This document shows positions 13,432 to 25,935 of a stretch of DNA of 64,000 nt, piece after piece; within the stretch, counting starts at the first letter, position 1, and each line of letters starts with the position of its first letter. The stretch spans positions 62,001 through 126,000 of the forward strand of contig NW_027191478.1 of assembly GCF_011745625.1 (NCBI RefSeq), read 5' to 3'. The stretch is from Cladosporium halotolerans (taxonomy: Eukaryota). Below the pieces are notes generated by a model, which was given only the letters and a program-made list of their open reading frames with translations, was not told the origin of the DNA and did no database searches. The position numbers were made by a program, and so were the translations under genes.

Positions 13432-13765
13432 GCGATCCGTGAAGAGCGGATGGACGCCAGATGGACTGGCTAAGATTAGCTGGCTGAGAGCGAAGGGGCA
13501 CCGGATTTGGACCACCACATTCGTTTAGTACCGAGAGCTACATTCTGTGGCGTAGGTATCCGTAAGCCATGAGCGCATACGGTAGCATTTTTTCCATCAT
13601 CGTTTCAACGTTATGGGATCATTGCATGTAGCCGGCTGCTGTGCCGTTGAGATGACAGAACTTCGTTGACCAGATGGCTCCCAAGCCGCCTAGAAACACA
13701 GTTTGGTGGCATATCGCCAATGCCAGCTTTCAAGTGAAAATCGTTGATCTTACAGTGCTGTTGAC

Positions 13766-14767
13766 CTAGGCCGCCTCTGCTTGTTCGGCAATCTTAATCT
13801 TCGGCCCTTCAATTATTTTCACCTTCCTACCTTCCCACCACGTCATTACACCGGCCAACAAACTCACGCCACAGCCTAGCCCGATGAATGTTCCGGTACC
13901 CCAAGACGGTCGGTCGATGCGGTTCCAATGCCACATGAAAAAGGCCATGCCAACTTGAAACAAAGTATTCAGCACCATCATCCATACCACGAAATCCAGC
14001 TTCCAGGATGCTGTCGGTGGTGCGCGTGTCCCGTGGAACGTCTCTTTTGCTTCGTATTCCTCTTCGCGCATGCGGAACCACGACTCGTTCCTTGCTGCGA
14101 GTCGCTTGATCGCGGCGTGCGATCTCGTTTTGCTCGGCGAGAACCGCCACTGCGCTACCCAGAACAAATCTCGGAAGCGCCAAGGCGCAAGGCCCCAGGC
14201 TGTCAAGCAAAACAGAGCATTAAGGATCTGCGATGTGATTTCGATCCAGATCTTCCGGGGAGACGAGTCTGCGTCACCATTGTCGGGGTGATTCATGGCA
14301 GGGGCAGCCTTGAGAAGGAGGAAGAACAGCATTGCTCCCCAAGCGACGACGTTGAGGCCATAGATCGTGATCAAGAAGCCCGTAGGCGTGAGGAAGAACT
14401 TCCAGAAGGCCTTGAGTCCGTACCCTATCGCCTTCAACCAGGGCTCTTTCGGCGGCGTCTCTGGTGATCCTAGAACCGCTTGCGATGGCTCTGACGGCGT
14501 TTTCGTCAGGTGTGTCGCAAATGAAGATTCCCTTCGCAATGTAGCCTGCCTTTGTAGTTCCGCCGGGCGGGCGTCGCGCTTGCTGTGACCGTGAGCATCG
14601 AACTGGATATTATCTCCTCCAGTGTCTCCTTCTCGTAGCTCGGTGAGGTTGGGCGCGTGGGCTATCGCAGCGCCACTGGCGACCCACATACTAGGTTGAG
14701 GATCATATTCGAGTACTTTGGTTGCGACAGAGACAGACGCCTTGCGGACCCGGTTGGCTGTCTCCAT
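13766..14767 (-). CDS. DUF2985-family integral membrane protein (start uncertain)
   Basis: FWKFFLTPTGFLITIYGLNVVAWGAMLFFLL, WIEITSQILNALFC and PWRFRDL, with about 4 hydrophobic segments. The first in-frame ATG is at 14767; an acceptor-like CAG near 14825 suggests an upstream exon. Confidence 0.8.
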   Translation of the reverse strand: METANRVRKASVSVATKVLEYDPQPSMWVASGAAIAHAPNLTELREGDTGGDNIQFDAHGHSKRDARPAELQRQATLRRESSFATHLTKTPSEPSQAVLGSPETPPKEPWLKAIGYGLKAFWKFFLTPTGFLITIYGLNVVAWGAMLFFLLLKAAPAMNHPDNGDADSSPRKIWIEITSQILNALFCLTAWGLAPWRFRDLFWVAQWRFSPSKTRSHAAIKRLAARNESWFRMREEEYEAKETFHGTRAPPTASWKLDFVVWMMVLNTLFQVGMAFFMWHWNRIDRPSWGTGTFIGLGCGVSLLAGVMTWWEGRKVKIIEGPKIKIAEQAEAA

Positions 14768-15792
14768 CTTGCCGGGACCTGGACTCGATGTTGAGAGCGA
14801 TATGCCAGGCAAAGAAAATATCACCTGGGTAGAAAGAATAAGGAATGAGGATACCGACCTTCAACCACAACACGGTTCACCAAATCTACATCAGACCTCG
14901 GCCATAAAAGCCTGCTGCTCAAGCTTTGAGCCACCCGTTCAGCAATATCTTGTGCAAGACATCTGCGGTCTGGTTACGGTCTGTGCAACCCAGGGCTTTT
15001 GTCGATCCAAAGCTTCAGCTAACGAATCCTTTTAATCAGGCGTTCCTCGAATACCCCGGACTGCGGAACGAGCAGCGCCTCGTTCGTAAGATGGGCGGAT
15101 GTCGCAAACCTTCCCTTGAAAATCTCAGGCGGGACTCAAAGAACCATTTTGTCGCTCACCTAAATTTTGCGTCGGCTAGGTAGGTTCCTTCGCCCGTAGC
15201 TGCACAGCAGTATAATCGGGAGGCCGCGGCCATCACATCAGGTGTAGGATGTGCCAGAAAGGTCCGGTAATTTTAGGGCGCTGATCTTGTAAGGTTTGGC
15301 TGAGCTTTGGCCGAGGCAATCCGATACGGCCGTGACGGTGCCACAGGCGCAATGCTCAACGCGCGGGTCGTGGGCTGAACACACGTTTTCCAGCCACCAC
15401 TACGCATGATAGAGGAAATGACCCTAGTATGCAGATTGCTTGAAGCAGCTCGAGCCGCTTGAGGATTCTTGGCCTTGCTTGCGGCGGGAGTGCTTGCCGA
15501 CAGGACCATGTTCCACGAAATTGTATTCTCCGAAGAACCCGTGGGGGTTAGTGAGTCTCGGCCGAGAGAACCTACAACATACTTTGCTCCTGGCATGACC
15601 TCCGTTGGCGCCGTACTGTCGATCTCAAAATTAGCTCCAGACAGCAGTAAAAGTCGCAAGCCTCCCATTACATTATCGTTAGAAGGAAAAAAATACTGTT
15701 ATTGTAACACCGTCATCATGGCCATCACTATACATTTGCTCTACGTACCAATGAGATGCAAAATCTAGAGGAGTGGCGACGAAACGACGACA

Positions 15793-18425
15793 ATGGCGAC
15801 CGACTCTTCTACCACTCATTTCTGGCAGGACGGCCGTGTTCGTCTTCGCTTCCCAACATCGATACACCGGTTCGAGAAGCATAAATCAAATAACGAGCGG
15901 GCCATCAAGCGCAAGCATGGGAAGATCACATTCGGGACGACTACCCAACAATGCGAGCGCCTCCAGCCTTTCGCCGGCGTGCCACGCATGAACATAACCA
16001 TTCTCATCACGGGCTCTCGTGGCGACGTTCAGCCGTTCATCGCTCTCGGTAAAGAGCTCCAAGCCGCGCCGTACAATCATCGCGTCCGCATCGGCACTCA
16101 TGGCGTGTTTCGTGATTTTGTCGGCGAAAATGGCCTAGAGTTTTTCTCGATAGGCGGCGATCCAGAGCGATTGATGGCGTACATGGTAAAGAATCCTGGA
16201 ATCCTGCCCAGCATCGAGTCCGTGAAGGCTGGAGATATTGGAGCTCGCAAGGCGGAACTGGAAGAGATGCTCATAGGTGCCTGGAAAGCGTGTACGGAGG
16301 CCCGCGATCAGTATCAAGCACGTCATTCCGAAGGGCGCCATTACCCTGCTTTTGTGGCAGATGCTATAATCTCTAACCCGCCAACATACGCGAGTCTCCA
16401 CATTGCGGAGAGGCTTGCGATTCCGCTGCATTACATGTTCACGATGCCTTGGTCTCCAACAACAGCGTTTCCACATCCGCTCGCGCAGATGGATTCCAGC
16501 CGGACAGATGCTGGCGTGAGGAATTACTTGTCTTACACGCAAATCGAGCTGCTGACCTGGACGGGCCTGATCGACATCATCAACAGATTCAGAAGACGAA
16601 CGCTACTGCTGGAGCCAATAAATCCTTCTTGGGGCACCAATCTCCAGTCACGACTGAAAATACCTTTCACTTACTGCTGGTCACCAGCTTTGATCCCAAA
16701 GCCAGCGGACTGGGGCTCGGACATTGGGATCAGTGGCTTCTTCTTTCTCCCAAAGGGGTCAAGTTATAAGCCTGACCCTGAGCTGCAAGCCTTCTTGGAT
16801 GCTGGAGAGCCGCCGATTTACATCGGGTTCGGGTCAATCGTCGTCGACAAAACGGAAGAATTTACGAAGTTGATCTTAGAGGCTGTAAAGAAAGCCGGCG
16901 TTCGTGCCCTTGTCTCAAGAGGCTGGTCCAACGTGGGTGGTAGTGACGTGCCGGACAATGTCTATCTCTTGGGCAATGTGCCTCACGATTGGCTCTTCCG
17001 GCACGTGTCTGCAGTTGTCCATCACGGAGGAGCTGGTACATGTGCTATCGGCCTTGCACTTGGTAGACCGACGGTAATTGTACCATTCTTTGGGGATCAA
17101 TTTTGGTGGGCGGGTATCGTGAGCCGGGCTGGTGCAGGTCCTCAAACCGTGCCTTACAAGGAACTCACTGCAGACAAGCTTGCTGATAACATAAAGAAAG
17201 CACTTGAGCCAGACATGAAGGCCAAAGCTCAGGAGCTGTCGGAGAAGATGAAGGATGAGAATGGCGTCAAGACTGCAGCTGAGCAGTTTCACACCATGCA
17301 AAGGGCACAATCCTTCGCGTGCTTCCTGTGCCCGGATCGCACTGCCGTGTGGCGGGTCCGACGAACGAACATTCAATTGAGCGGGCTGGCGGCGGCGATT
17401 CTTACGAAGCACCAGAAGCTAACACCGCGAGACATCAAGCTGTAAGTGCTTCATCCGAGGAAACCTTGCGGTAATAAGGACTAACTTTGAACGAGGATAC
17501 GCCACAAACGCTGGTATGTTGAAGAAGGCGCTCCAGGGCCAATGAGCGGACTTGTCGCAGCCGTTCACGACCCAGTGATGAATAGCCTTTCCGATATCCA
17601 GGATTGTAAACGCAGCATGGCCGCGCGATCGGAACGATTAAAGGATTCCGCAGTCAGAAAAGACAGCGCGTCTTCCTTGGAAGCTGAAGACGGCATTTCG
17701 ACGGGGGCGGCGTTGGGACGTTTGGGCAGAAACCTGGCGGAAGAAGCGGCCGTAGGTGAGAACCATCTTCTCTAACATCTGCTGCTGCCTCGAAATGAAC
17801 ACTGACTTGCTCCCACATAGTCCCTGTCACCTTCTTCTACCAAGTTGCCAACGGCTTCCACAACCTCCCTGCCAGACTTTTCCATGACCGAACGGTTCGG
17901 ATGCGTGATCCCATCGTCGACACGACGACAGGGTTGAAAGTAGCGGGCAAGGAGATTGTGTTCGGCCTCTACGACGGCGTCTCAGGAATCGTTATGCAGC
18001 CCGTTCACGGCTACCAAGAAGGCGCTGGACGCAAGGGTGGCGTAGCATGGGGTACAGCGAAAGGCGTCGGTCGAGGCGTGACCGGCGTTGTCACACGCGT
18101 TGGCGCCATGGCTTTCGGCATCCCAGGGTACACGCTGAAAGGCGTGGAGATGCAATTCAGGCGCAAGGGCACTAATACCGACCAGCTGGCTGAGATCGAT
18201 GTACCTGAATACTTGAAGAAACCTCGCGGTGGTGCCTATAATGAAAGGAGGACACAGGTGCAGAAGGATTGGGCGGAGGTTTCGGCTGGACATCCAATCC
18301 TGCAGAGGAGGATCATGCAGGCTGTTGAGGAGTTATATGAAGTCATGGAGGATGAACCAGAGTTCATAAATACTGTGTTGGAGCGTTGGGAAGCACTCAG
18401 GAGTGAAAACGAGTTGGCCTACTAG
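15793..18425 (+). CDS. Glycosyltransferase family 1, sterol 3-beta-glucosyltransferase-like; 3 exons (15793-17441, 17496-17755, 17821-18425)
   Basis: GSRGDVQPFIALG, FTMPWSPT, YIGFGSI, VPHDWLF, HHGGAGT and PFFGDQ. The C-terminal region has ANGFHNLP and GLYDGVSGIVMQP. Introns 17442-17495 and 17756-17820 keep the frame. Confidence 0.9.
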
Positions 18426-19062
18426 ATGGCGCGTGAAAGATGGGATGAAAGAGAAGGCATTCATGCAATTAGCTAAATCCATGCAGAGTGTTAGGCCTAG
18501 GTATGTCGTTGATGACATGATTTGGCGATGGTTCGTAGGGCCCAGCATGATCCAGTTTCTCGTCTGGAGAATGTTTGCACGCATCCGAAATTAGAAACTC
18601 TTATCACTCAAGTAATCGATTGACTGCGCATGTGAGACAATGCGCAATACCAAGGCAAGCCAGAGAAAGCAGGGGAGTGAACGCGTGTACCATGCTATAT
18701 CGACAATAACCCTTGCAAAAAAGCAATTCCCAAAGCAACCAGCAATTGACAGAGACTCCAGAAAGTTCTGACCGTGATGAGGACGTACGAATGCCGGAGT
18801 GGCGAGATAGACAAGATGAAGCCGTACTGGCTGTCCTTGAAATGTGTGGTGGTGTGGTACATTGCTACCTCGGACATCACTCCTCGGACCCTGACCGCGG
18901 CAAACCTTCCTCTCCCACGCATCAGGACAGCTACATTGCCTGCAATGATGCCAATATTGACTATTTCACCATAGAGAAACTGTGCTGGAGAGACTCAAGT
19001 CGCATTTCGATTCCCTTCAATTGATTGCTTGTGAAGACGTGTCCAATTCTGGCTTGCTCTTC

Positions 19063-21653
19063 ATGACGACTACGAATGGCGACTCTCGCGACGCCCTAGA
19101 TGCTGGTGTGTTCAGGACCGCTCGCATAGACTCAGGAGACGTGCTAATACTAGATTAGTGGATTATGATCCTATTGACCACTTGAACGCGCTGTTTTCAC
19201 ATCCCTCCACGCTCTCGACCGTGAGCACTGTATCTTCCCGGTTACAGACTTATGGGCAACAGCTGGACTCCGATATCTCCGTCTTGGTCGCAGCCCAGAC
19301 CTCGTCCGATAATGATGCAGTACAACGAATTCAGGATGCGAAAGCGGATCTCGCGGCGCTCTTCAGTAGAATTGAGGGTGTGCGTACGCGAGCCTTGGAG
19401 ACTGAGCGTACAATCACCGAGATGACCGCGGATATCAAGCGCCTGGATAGTACCAAGAAGAACCTCACTCTGTCGATGACGGCGCTGAAGCGCTTGCAGA
19501 TGCTCACGACCGCTTACGAGCAATTGTTGGGCCTCAGTAAGAGCAGACAGTACAAAGAATGTGCACACTTGCTACAAGCTGTCATTCAGCTGATGGCACA
19601 CTTCAAGAGCTACAGGAGCATAGATCAGATTGCAACCCTATCGAAGAATGTTGCGGAGTTACAACGAGAGATGTTGGAACAAGTGTGTGAGGATTTTGAG
19701 CTGGCGTTTGCGAAAAGCGAGGTCCAACAGAAGCGCGGAATGTTGTCGGAAGCATGCATGGTTATCGATGCGCTGGGAGATCACGCTAGGTCGAGACTGA
19801 TAACGTGGTACTGTAACACGCAACTACGGGAGTATCGGCAGATCTTTCGTGGCAACGATGAAGCTGGCTCTTTGGACAACATCGCTAGGCGGTATAGCTG
19901 GTTCAACCGAATGTTGAAAACTTACGACGCTGAGCACGCTGGCCTATTTCCCGCACACTGGCGAGTCAATGAAATGCTCGCAAACTCTTTCTGTGAGGGG
20001 ACAAGAGAAGACTACAAAGGCATTTTGCAGCGGTCGATGCGGAGAACGGACGGCCAACCTCCAGACGTCAATCTTCTGCTATCCTGTTTACAAGAAACTT
20101 TGGACTTCGAGCATACTTTGGAAAAGCGATTCTCCGTCGCAGAGAGCAGGTCTTCGATGGACACAGTCACTTCGTCAACAGACGACAGGAGGTCGGGCTT
20201 CTCTCAAGCCATCTCTGAGGCCTTTGAACCGTACCTCAGCATCTGGGTCGAGTCACAAGATAAGCAACTATCTACTCTCATACCCAGGTATCGCATGCAA
20301 CCCATACGCCAACAAGACGAAGAGTTCCATAGTCAGCTGGTCATGCCATCTTCAACGGAGCTTTTCAATCACTACCGAATAACCTTCGCCCAATGCGCGA
20401 AGCTTTCAACGGGCAACAAGTTGTTGGAGCTTTCGAAAACATTTGCCAAGTATTTGGATCTGTACGCTCAGCAAGTACTCTTTCATTCATTGTCAGAAAG
20501 AGGTGCCGGTCAAGGACCTTCGACAGAGGAAACTGTGATCATAATCAACACTGCCGACTATTGCTACCAGACAACCAACCAACTCGAAGACAAAATCAAA
20601 AGTCGCATCGACGAGGATGTGCGCGAGCAAGTCGATTTGCAGTCATCTGCGGATGCTTTCTTGGGCGTGGCGTCTGCTGCTGTTAGGGCACTTGTTCACA
20701 GTGCAGAGGTAGATTGCGACCCAGCGTGGCGTGAAATGCGCAATGTTGCTTGGAGTAAGATGGAGTCGGTTGGAGACCAGAGTGGCTACGTGAGTGTGCT
20801 TCTACAGCAGCTGAACAGTCGTAGCAAGGAGATCCTGAGCTACTTGCACAAGCAGCAATACGCTCGTGCCTATTGCGACAACCTTGTTGATGCCGTTACG
20901 ACGACCTATATCAACAACATCGTCGTGTGCAGACCCATCCCGGAAACAGGTGCTGAGCAAATGCTACTGGACTCTTATGTCCTGAAGAAAGGCTTCAACG
21001 GCCTGCTCACCATCAATGCGGAGTCCGAAACTCAACCGAATCAGGCCTTCGTCAAACGCGTTCAACAAACGACCTCTAAGCTCGACCCCATCCTCAAAAC
21101 ACTACAAGTCCGCTCCTCGCCTCCTGAAGGACTCGTACAAGCCTACCTCATCCACATACGAGACAAGTCTGAAGGCAACTTCCGCAAAATGCTTGAACTC
21201 AAAGGCATCACGAGGCGCCAAGAGCAAAGCAGCCTCGTCGAGCTCTTCAATGTGCACAAAGCAACCGCCACGAATGAGGGTCTGCCGGCCGCAAATCCTC
21301 AGATCTCTGCTCTCAACCTCGCCGCGCCGGCCTCAACCGCGGCATCGGGTCTCGCAGCACTCAAGGAGACGGCCGCATCGCATTCAAGCCCTTCGCTACC
21401 GGCACGCTTTGACCCAACGAACTTCGGCTCGGCTTTGATGGACGCAGCAAGACAGGGTGTAGATCGCTTCGGCTCGCCGCATCTAGGAGGCCCGGGCGCG
21501 TCTTCGACCAGTATCGCAAGCAGGACGACGAGTCCCCCTCCCGGTGGCATGGAAGACGGCGACAGAGGGCCTGCAAGCCTGAATGAGAACCTGAAGAATC
21601 TGGGCAAGTTCTTCCGGAGAGATGGGAATAGCTTCGGTGGGTTTGGAAGATGA
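19063..21653 (+). CDS. VPS53: GARP complex subunit Vps53; 2 exons (19063-19105, 19159-21653)
   Basis: DYDPIDHLN, MTADIKRLDSTKKNLTLSMTALKRLQMLTTAY, EAGSLDNIARRYSWF, INTADYC and GAEQMLLDSY. Intron 19106-19158 is GTGTGT..CTAAT..TAG. Confidence 0.95.
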
Positions 21654-23253
21654 GCGAAAACATTCTTGAAAGGTGAGCTACGCCAGAATTGATGTGTAGG
21701 ATGCCCTCTTGCCATAAATCATACTTCGTCTCTTCGTGGCTGTACCCTTGTTGAATGGTCTCATTCGTTGACGATCTGAACGCCGACCTTTCCTTGTACC
21801 ATATATACCTTTGTCACTCAACGCCAGCATGTTTACGATTCTGTCATCACGGTAGAAAACCTCACAAGGGCATGCTAAGCACTGTCTCGAGGATGAAATC
21901 CCACAACCACTGGCCAGCGACAAAGCTGGTATAGGGGTTGCTATGAGGATATCGTCTTGTCAACATTGACGTGCAACAACGCATTCAAGATCTAACGACT
22001 ATCTCACGTCACAGCTTGCGTGTTCCGCAGATATTGGTGGTGCCCGGCTTCCGGCGTTGCGATACGCAGAGACCGGCCCAACCGGATCTTGCGGAAAGCT
22101 TACATCCAATCCAGCCTTACGGGTGGGCACGAGCGTGCCGGTTCGCGGAGTTTTGTCACCACGTGTGAGAACTAAGGTGAGATGTCAGCGAGCAGCGAGG
22201 CGCAGATGTAGGCTTTCGCATTCGGTTGTTGCGGAATAGTTACGCATCCGGTTCGCGGCATGTGACGGCTATAACGGAGTGAGAAGATATGCTTTGCGAC
22301 TGTGATGCCTTCTACTATAAGGGCTTTCATATACTCTTCAATGTCCATGACCAGGGGCATTGCACATGATTTTGTCATGTAACCCACTCGAACTAGCAGG
22401 GAACTCTCTTCATACTCAAAACGACTCAAGTACCACCAGTACGCCAGCTCTGTCAAACCAACAATCAACAAACTTCATCTACACTTGCCTGCAACGATGC
22501 CTTCCGCATCCTGGGAACAACAATTTCTCTCCAAATTCCTCGCAGGCTCCTCACTGCCGATTAGCGCATCCCTATCTCAATCGGAAAGACGACCCCCCGT
22601 CCCAGCATCATCCAACGAGCATAATGGCGGCAGTACAAGTACAAGCAGTCCCGGCAGCCACGCCGCCGCCATCTCACCAACATCACGCTAAAAGACTGCC
22701 AACAAATTCGTGAGCCGGAAAATGTTGGGAGTAGAGCGGTACTACGTGCCTTTGGACGACACGCCGACGCACTGGTATACGGAGGCGAAGTTTTGAGAGC
22801 TGCGAACAGATGGCGCAGGCTTCATCCTGCTTGAAGGGCAGAATGGGGTGCCCAATGGTTGGTAGAAGCTGCTCTGGCGAGCAAGTTTGGAAGCAATGTG
22901 GTACACATGGCGAACTGAGGATGATGGGGAATACGGGATCACGATCATGAGAACTTGACGAAGGGCAAGGTTTACAGTACTTGCCGGGTGCATTGATGAT
23001 TGATAGATGGCTCCGTTGAGTTGAGGCGCTCTGTTGGACGGAGGGAACCCGATATACCTTTAGATCACCAGGGGCTGACAACATGCAGCGCCTTATCAAT
23101 TTCAACCTGAAATTAAGTCCTAATGTGCTTGCTAAAAGCGAAATTTGGTTACACCAAAGGGTAAAGTTCCTCACGAGATGACTTCATCCAAAATGCGCGA
23201 ACTGGATTGGTGTCTTGAATCGGTGACTTCGTTGAACGTAAGATATGATCTAA

Positions 23254-24882
23254 CTACTGGTCCATGGGCTCCTCAGCAATGTAGTGCAGGTAAGAACCGA
23301 GAAGCTTGGTTCCCTCGATGTAGTTGCGCTTGTCGAGCTTCTCGTTGATCGAGTGAGCGGCGTCAGTGCTGCTTCCCATGGGAAGGAGAAGCACATTCTT
23401 GCCAGTGGCCTGCTCGAAAGTAAGAGTAACGGGGATGGAGCCACCCTCACGAGTAAGGTCGGGCTTGACACCCCAGACACGCTCGACGGCCTTGGCAGCT
23501 GCGGTGAAGTTGGGGTGGTTCGGTGAGGCGACCCACCACTTGCCGGCGTGCTGCAGCGAGACGTTGAGCTTGTTCTTGGTCTTCAGCTTGGCGAAGACGT
23601 CGTTGACGTACTTGAAGACGAGCTCGTCGACGTCCGCGGGCTCCATGTTGGGGACGGTACGGATACTGAACTTGCCGGTGACCTTGGCGGGGATGACGGT
23701 TTTGGCGCCAGGAGCGGAGAAGGCGCCCTCGACACCGTGGAGAGAGAGCGAAGGGAAACGCCACCTGCCCATGAGGGTGCGCTCCTTGCTCTCGAAGAGA
23801 CCGGTCTTGCTGCCGAGACTCTCGTAGAGGTTGTCCATGGTGAAGTCGATGTTCTTGTAGACCTCCTTCTCCTCCTCGGTGACGGGGGCGACGAGCTCCT
23901 TGATGCCAGGAATGAGGATGTTGCCCTCCTCGTCGACGAGCGAGGCCATGACACGGACAAGGTCGGTCATGGGCTCGTGTGCGGTGCCACCGTAGACACC
24001 GGAGTGAAGGTCCTGGCCGGGGCCGCTGATCTCGATGCTGTAGTAGCTGCAGCCACGGAGACCGTAGGTCAGGCAAGGCTTCTTGGTGCCCAGCCAGTAG
24101 TTGTCACTGATGCAGCAGACGTCCGCGTCCTCGAAGAACTTGCCAGGCTTGCACTCCTGAATGATGAAGTCGTCCAGGCCCTCGGAGCCGTACTCCTCCA
24201 TTCCCTCGAAGCACATGAGCAGGTTGACGGGGAACTCCACGCCGGCCTTCTGGTGTGCCTCAATTGCGTTGACCCAGCCGAGTACCGGACCCTTGTCATC
24301 CGTGCTGCCTCGTCCGTACATCCTGCCCTGCTCATCGACCGTGAGTTTGAAGGGTTCGGTGTTCCAGCCGTCGGAAAGGTTGGCCGGCTGCACATCGTAG
24401 TGTCCGTAAACCAGAACAGTGCGCTTGCTCTCATCCTTCTTCGCCGGGTAGCGTCCAATGATCGCGGGAGGGAGAGTCAAGTGCTCCTTGTGAGGCTGCT
24501 GTCCGAGCTCGCGGGCCTCCATGTGTGCTCCCAAATCTTCGAGCTGCTTCTTAAGGAAGTGACCCATCTTCACCACATCAGGTCTCCTCTCATCTTCGGC
24601 GGAGATGGAGGGGATAGCCACGGCCTGGCTGAGACGCTCGACGAAGTTGGAAGACAGGTCGTCGACGCTCTTGAAGTAGGCATCCAGTTGGGGCGCCATT
24701 TTCGCAGAAGGTTCGCTTCGGTATTGGTAGGGCCAGGCGCGAGCGTTTGTCGACGAGAAGCGGATGGAGGTGGAGGTGCTAGGCTTGCTGCAGTGGTGGA
24801 ATGCCGCGAAGCTTGGTTGAAGCTTGAATTGACGTCGTGTGACTCGCTGAAGGAGAGATATGGAGCGAGAAAAAGAGGGCAT
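23254..24882 (-). CDS. DUG1: Cys-Gly metallodipeptidase (M20A, Dug1/CNDP2); conserved start 24699, upstream in-frame ATG 24882
   Basis: YGHYDVQPA, GRGSTDDKGP, FEGMEE, ISDNYW, DLHSG, REGGSIP and AHSINEK. Intronless. Confidence 0.95.
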   Translation of the reverse strand: MPSFSRSISLLQRVTRRQFKLQPSFAAFHHCSKPSTSTSIRFSSTNARAWPYQYRSEPSAKMAPQLDAYFKSVDDLSSNFVERLSQAVAIPSISAEDERRPDVVKMGHFLKKQLEDLGAHMEARELGQQPHKEHLTLPPAIIGRYPAKKDESKRTVLVYGHYDVQPANLSDGWNTEPFKLTVDEQGRMYGRGSTDDKGPVLGWVNAIEAHQKAGVEFPVNLLMCFEGMEEYGSEGLDDFIIQECKPGKFFEDADVCCISDNYWLGTKKPCLTYGLRGCSYYSIEISGPGQDLHSGVYGGTAHEPMTDLVRVMASLVDEEGNILIPGIKELVAPVTEEEKEVYKNIDFTMDNLYESLGSKTGLFESKERTLMGRWRFPSLSLHGVEGAFSAPGAKTVIPAKVTGKFSIRTVPNMEPADVDELVFKYVNDVFAKLKTKNKLNVSLQHAGKWWVASPNHPNFTAAAKAVERVWGVKPDLTREGGSIPVTLTFEQATGKNVLLLPMGSSTDAAHSINEKLDKRNYIEGTKLLGSYLHYIAEEPMDQ

Positions 24883-25392
24883 GAGGAAAGAGCAGGCTCG
24901 CAAACGCACAAGGTGGTATCAGTAAAGAGATCCACCGTAGCTAACCGCCTTAAGGCGTGCGGCACAGCTGATACGGGCGGGCTTTGGCGGGGTGCCTTCG
25001 GTGCCCTGCATGAATTTGCCTGGAGGACCGACACCACCGAGGCCGTCGAAGACCTCCGAGCCCTCGACAGGGCCCACAGTTCGAAGGTCCTTCCTAATCG
25101 GATCCCGTCGACCTGTCATTTGCAGGCTTCCAGGTAGTACCTCACTTCGCGCTTCTGATGTCGTGCTGGGCTACTCCCCCTTGATTTGTTCCCAATGCCA
25201 TCAGGCGAGACGATTGTCACTGCCAGAGAGGCTGTTGACATTTCTTCTGGACATTCTCTGGAGGTTTTGCATAGTTAATATTTTTTAGCCTAGGTTTTCT
25301 GTTGGATGGATGCCGGTGACGGATTGCAAAAAAATTGTTACATGAATTGCATGGCGGTGCGCTCAAACATCAAATCACAGCAGCAGCTGTTC

Positions 25393-25493
25393 GGGGATAT
25401 GGTCTAGCGGTATGACATCTTCTTAGCACCATACAAGATGCCCTTGTATCTGTTAAGTGGAGAAGGTTCCCGGTTCGACTCCGGGTTTCTCCA
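25393..25493 (+). tRNA. tRNA-Ala(AGC) with a 29-nt intron (25429-25457)
   Basis: Acceptor stem GGGGATA/TTTCTCC with the G3:U70 alanine identity pair. A-box TGGTCTAGCGG, anticodon stem TCTTC/GGAGA, AGC at 25425-25427, T-arm CCCGG-TTCGACT-CCGGG, discriminator A and a TTTT run at 25501. Confidence 0.95.
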
Positions 25494-25935
25494 TCTTCTC
25501 TTTTGCCGTTATTTTGCTGGTTGTGTGGGTGATTTGGAGTGCCTGGACCTTGGTAAAGAGAGTGTCAACACCATGTGGTTGGACTGAGGGAATTTTCGTA
25601 CGGTCGAATCGAGAATGGCCGGCGTTCCATATGCTTTTCGTGGGAAATGAGACGACAAGGTCACCAAAGATAATTATGCATCAGGTCCGCTGAATGCATC
25701 TTCTTGGAAACGGGATACAAGAGGCGAACAGGATGGGATAATGAAGCAAAAGGAATCGTGGTGTACTTTCAGAAACAGAAAGGGGTATCGTTGATGCTAT
25801 CTAATGCTAATAAACCGAGACGTCACGCTCGCAAAGGTGAACGTCTTGCTTTGCTATGCTTTCAGATCCAGGAAACCCGATGTTGCAGGGGATCCAACTC
25901 TAGAGTCTTTCATTTCCAGAAATCATTACATTACT

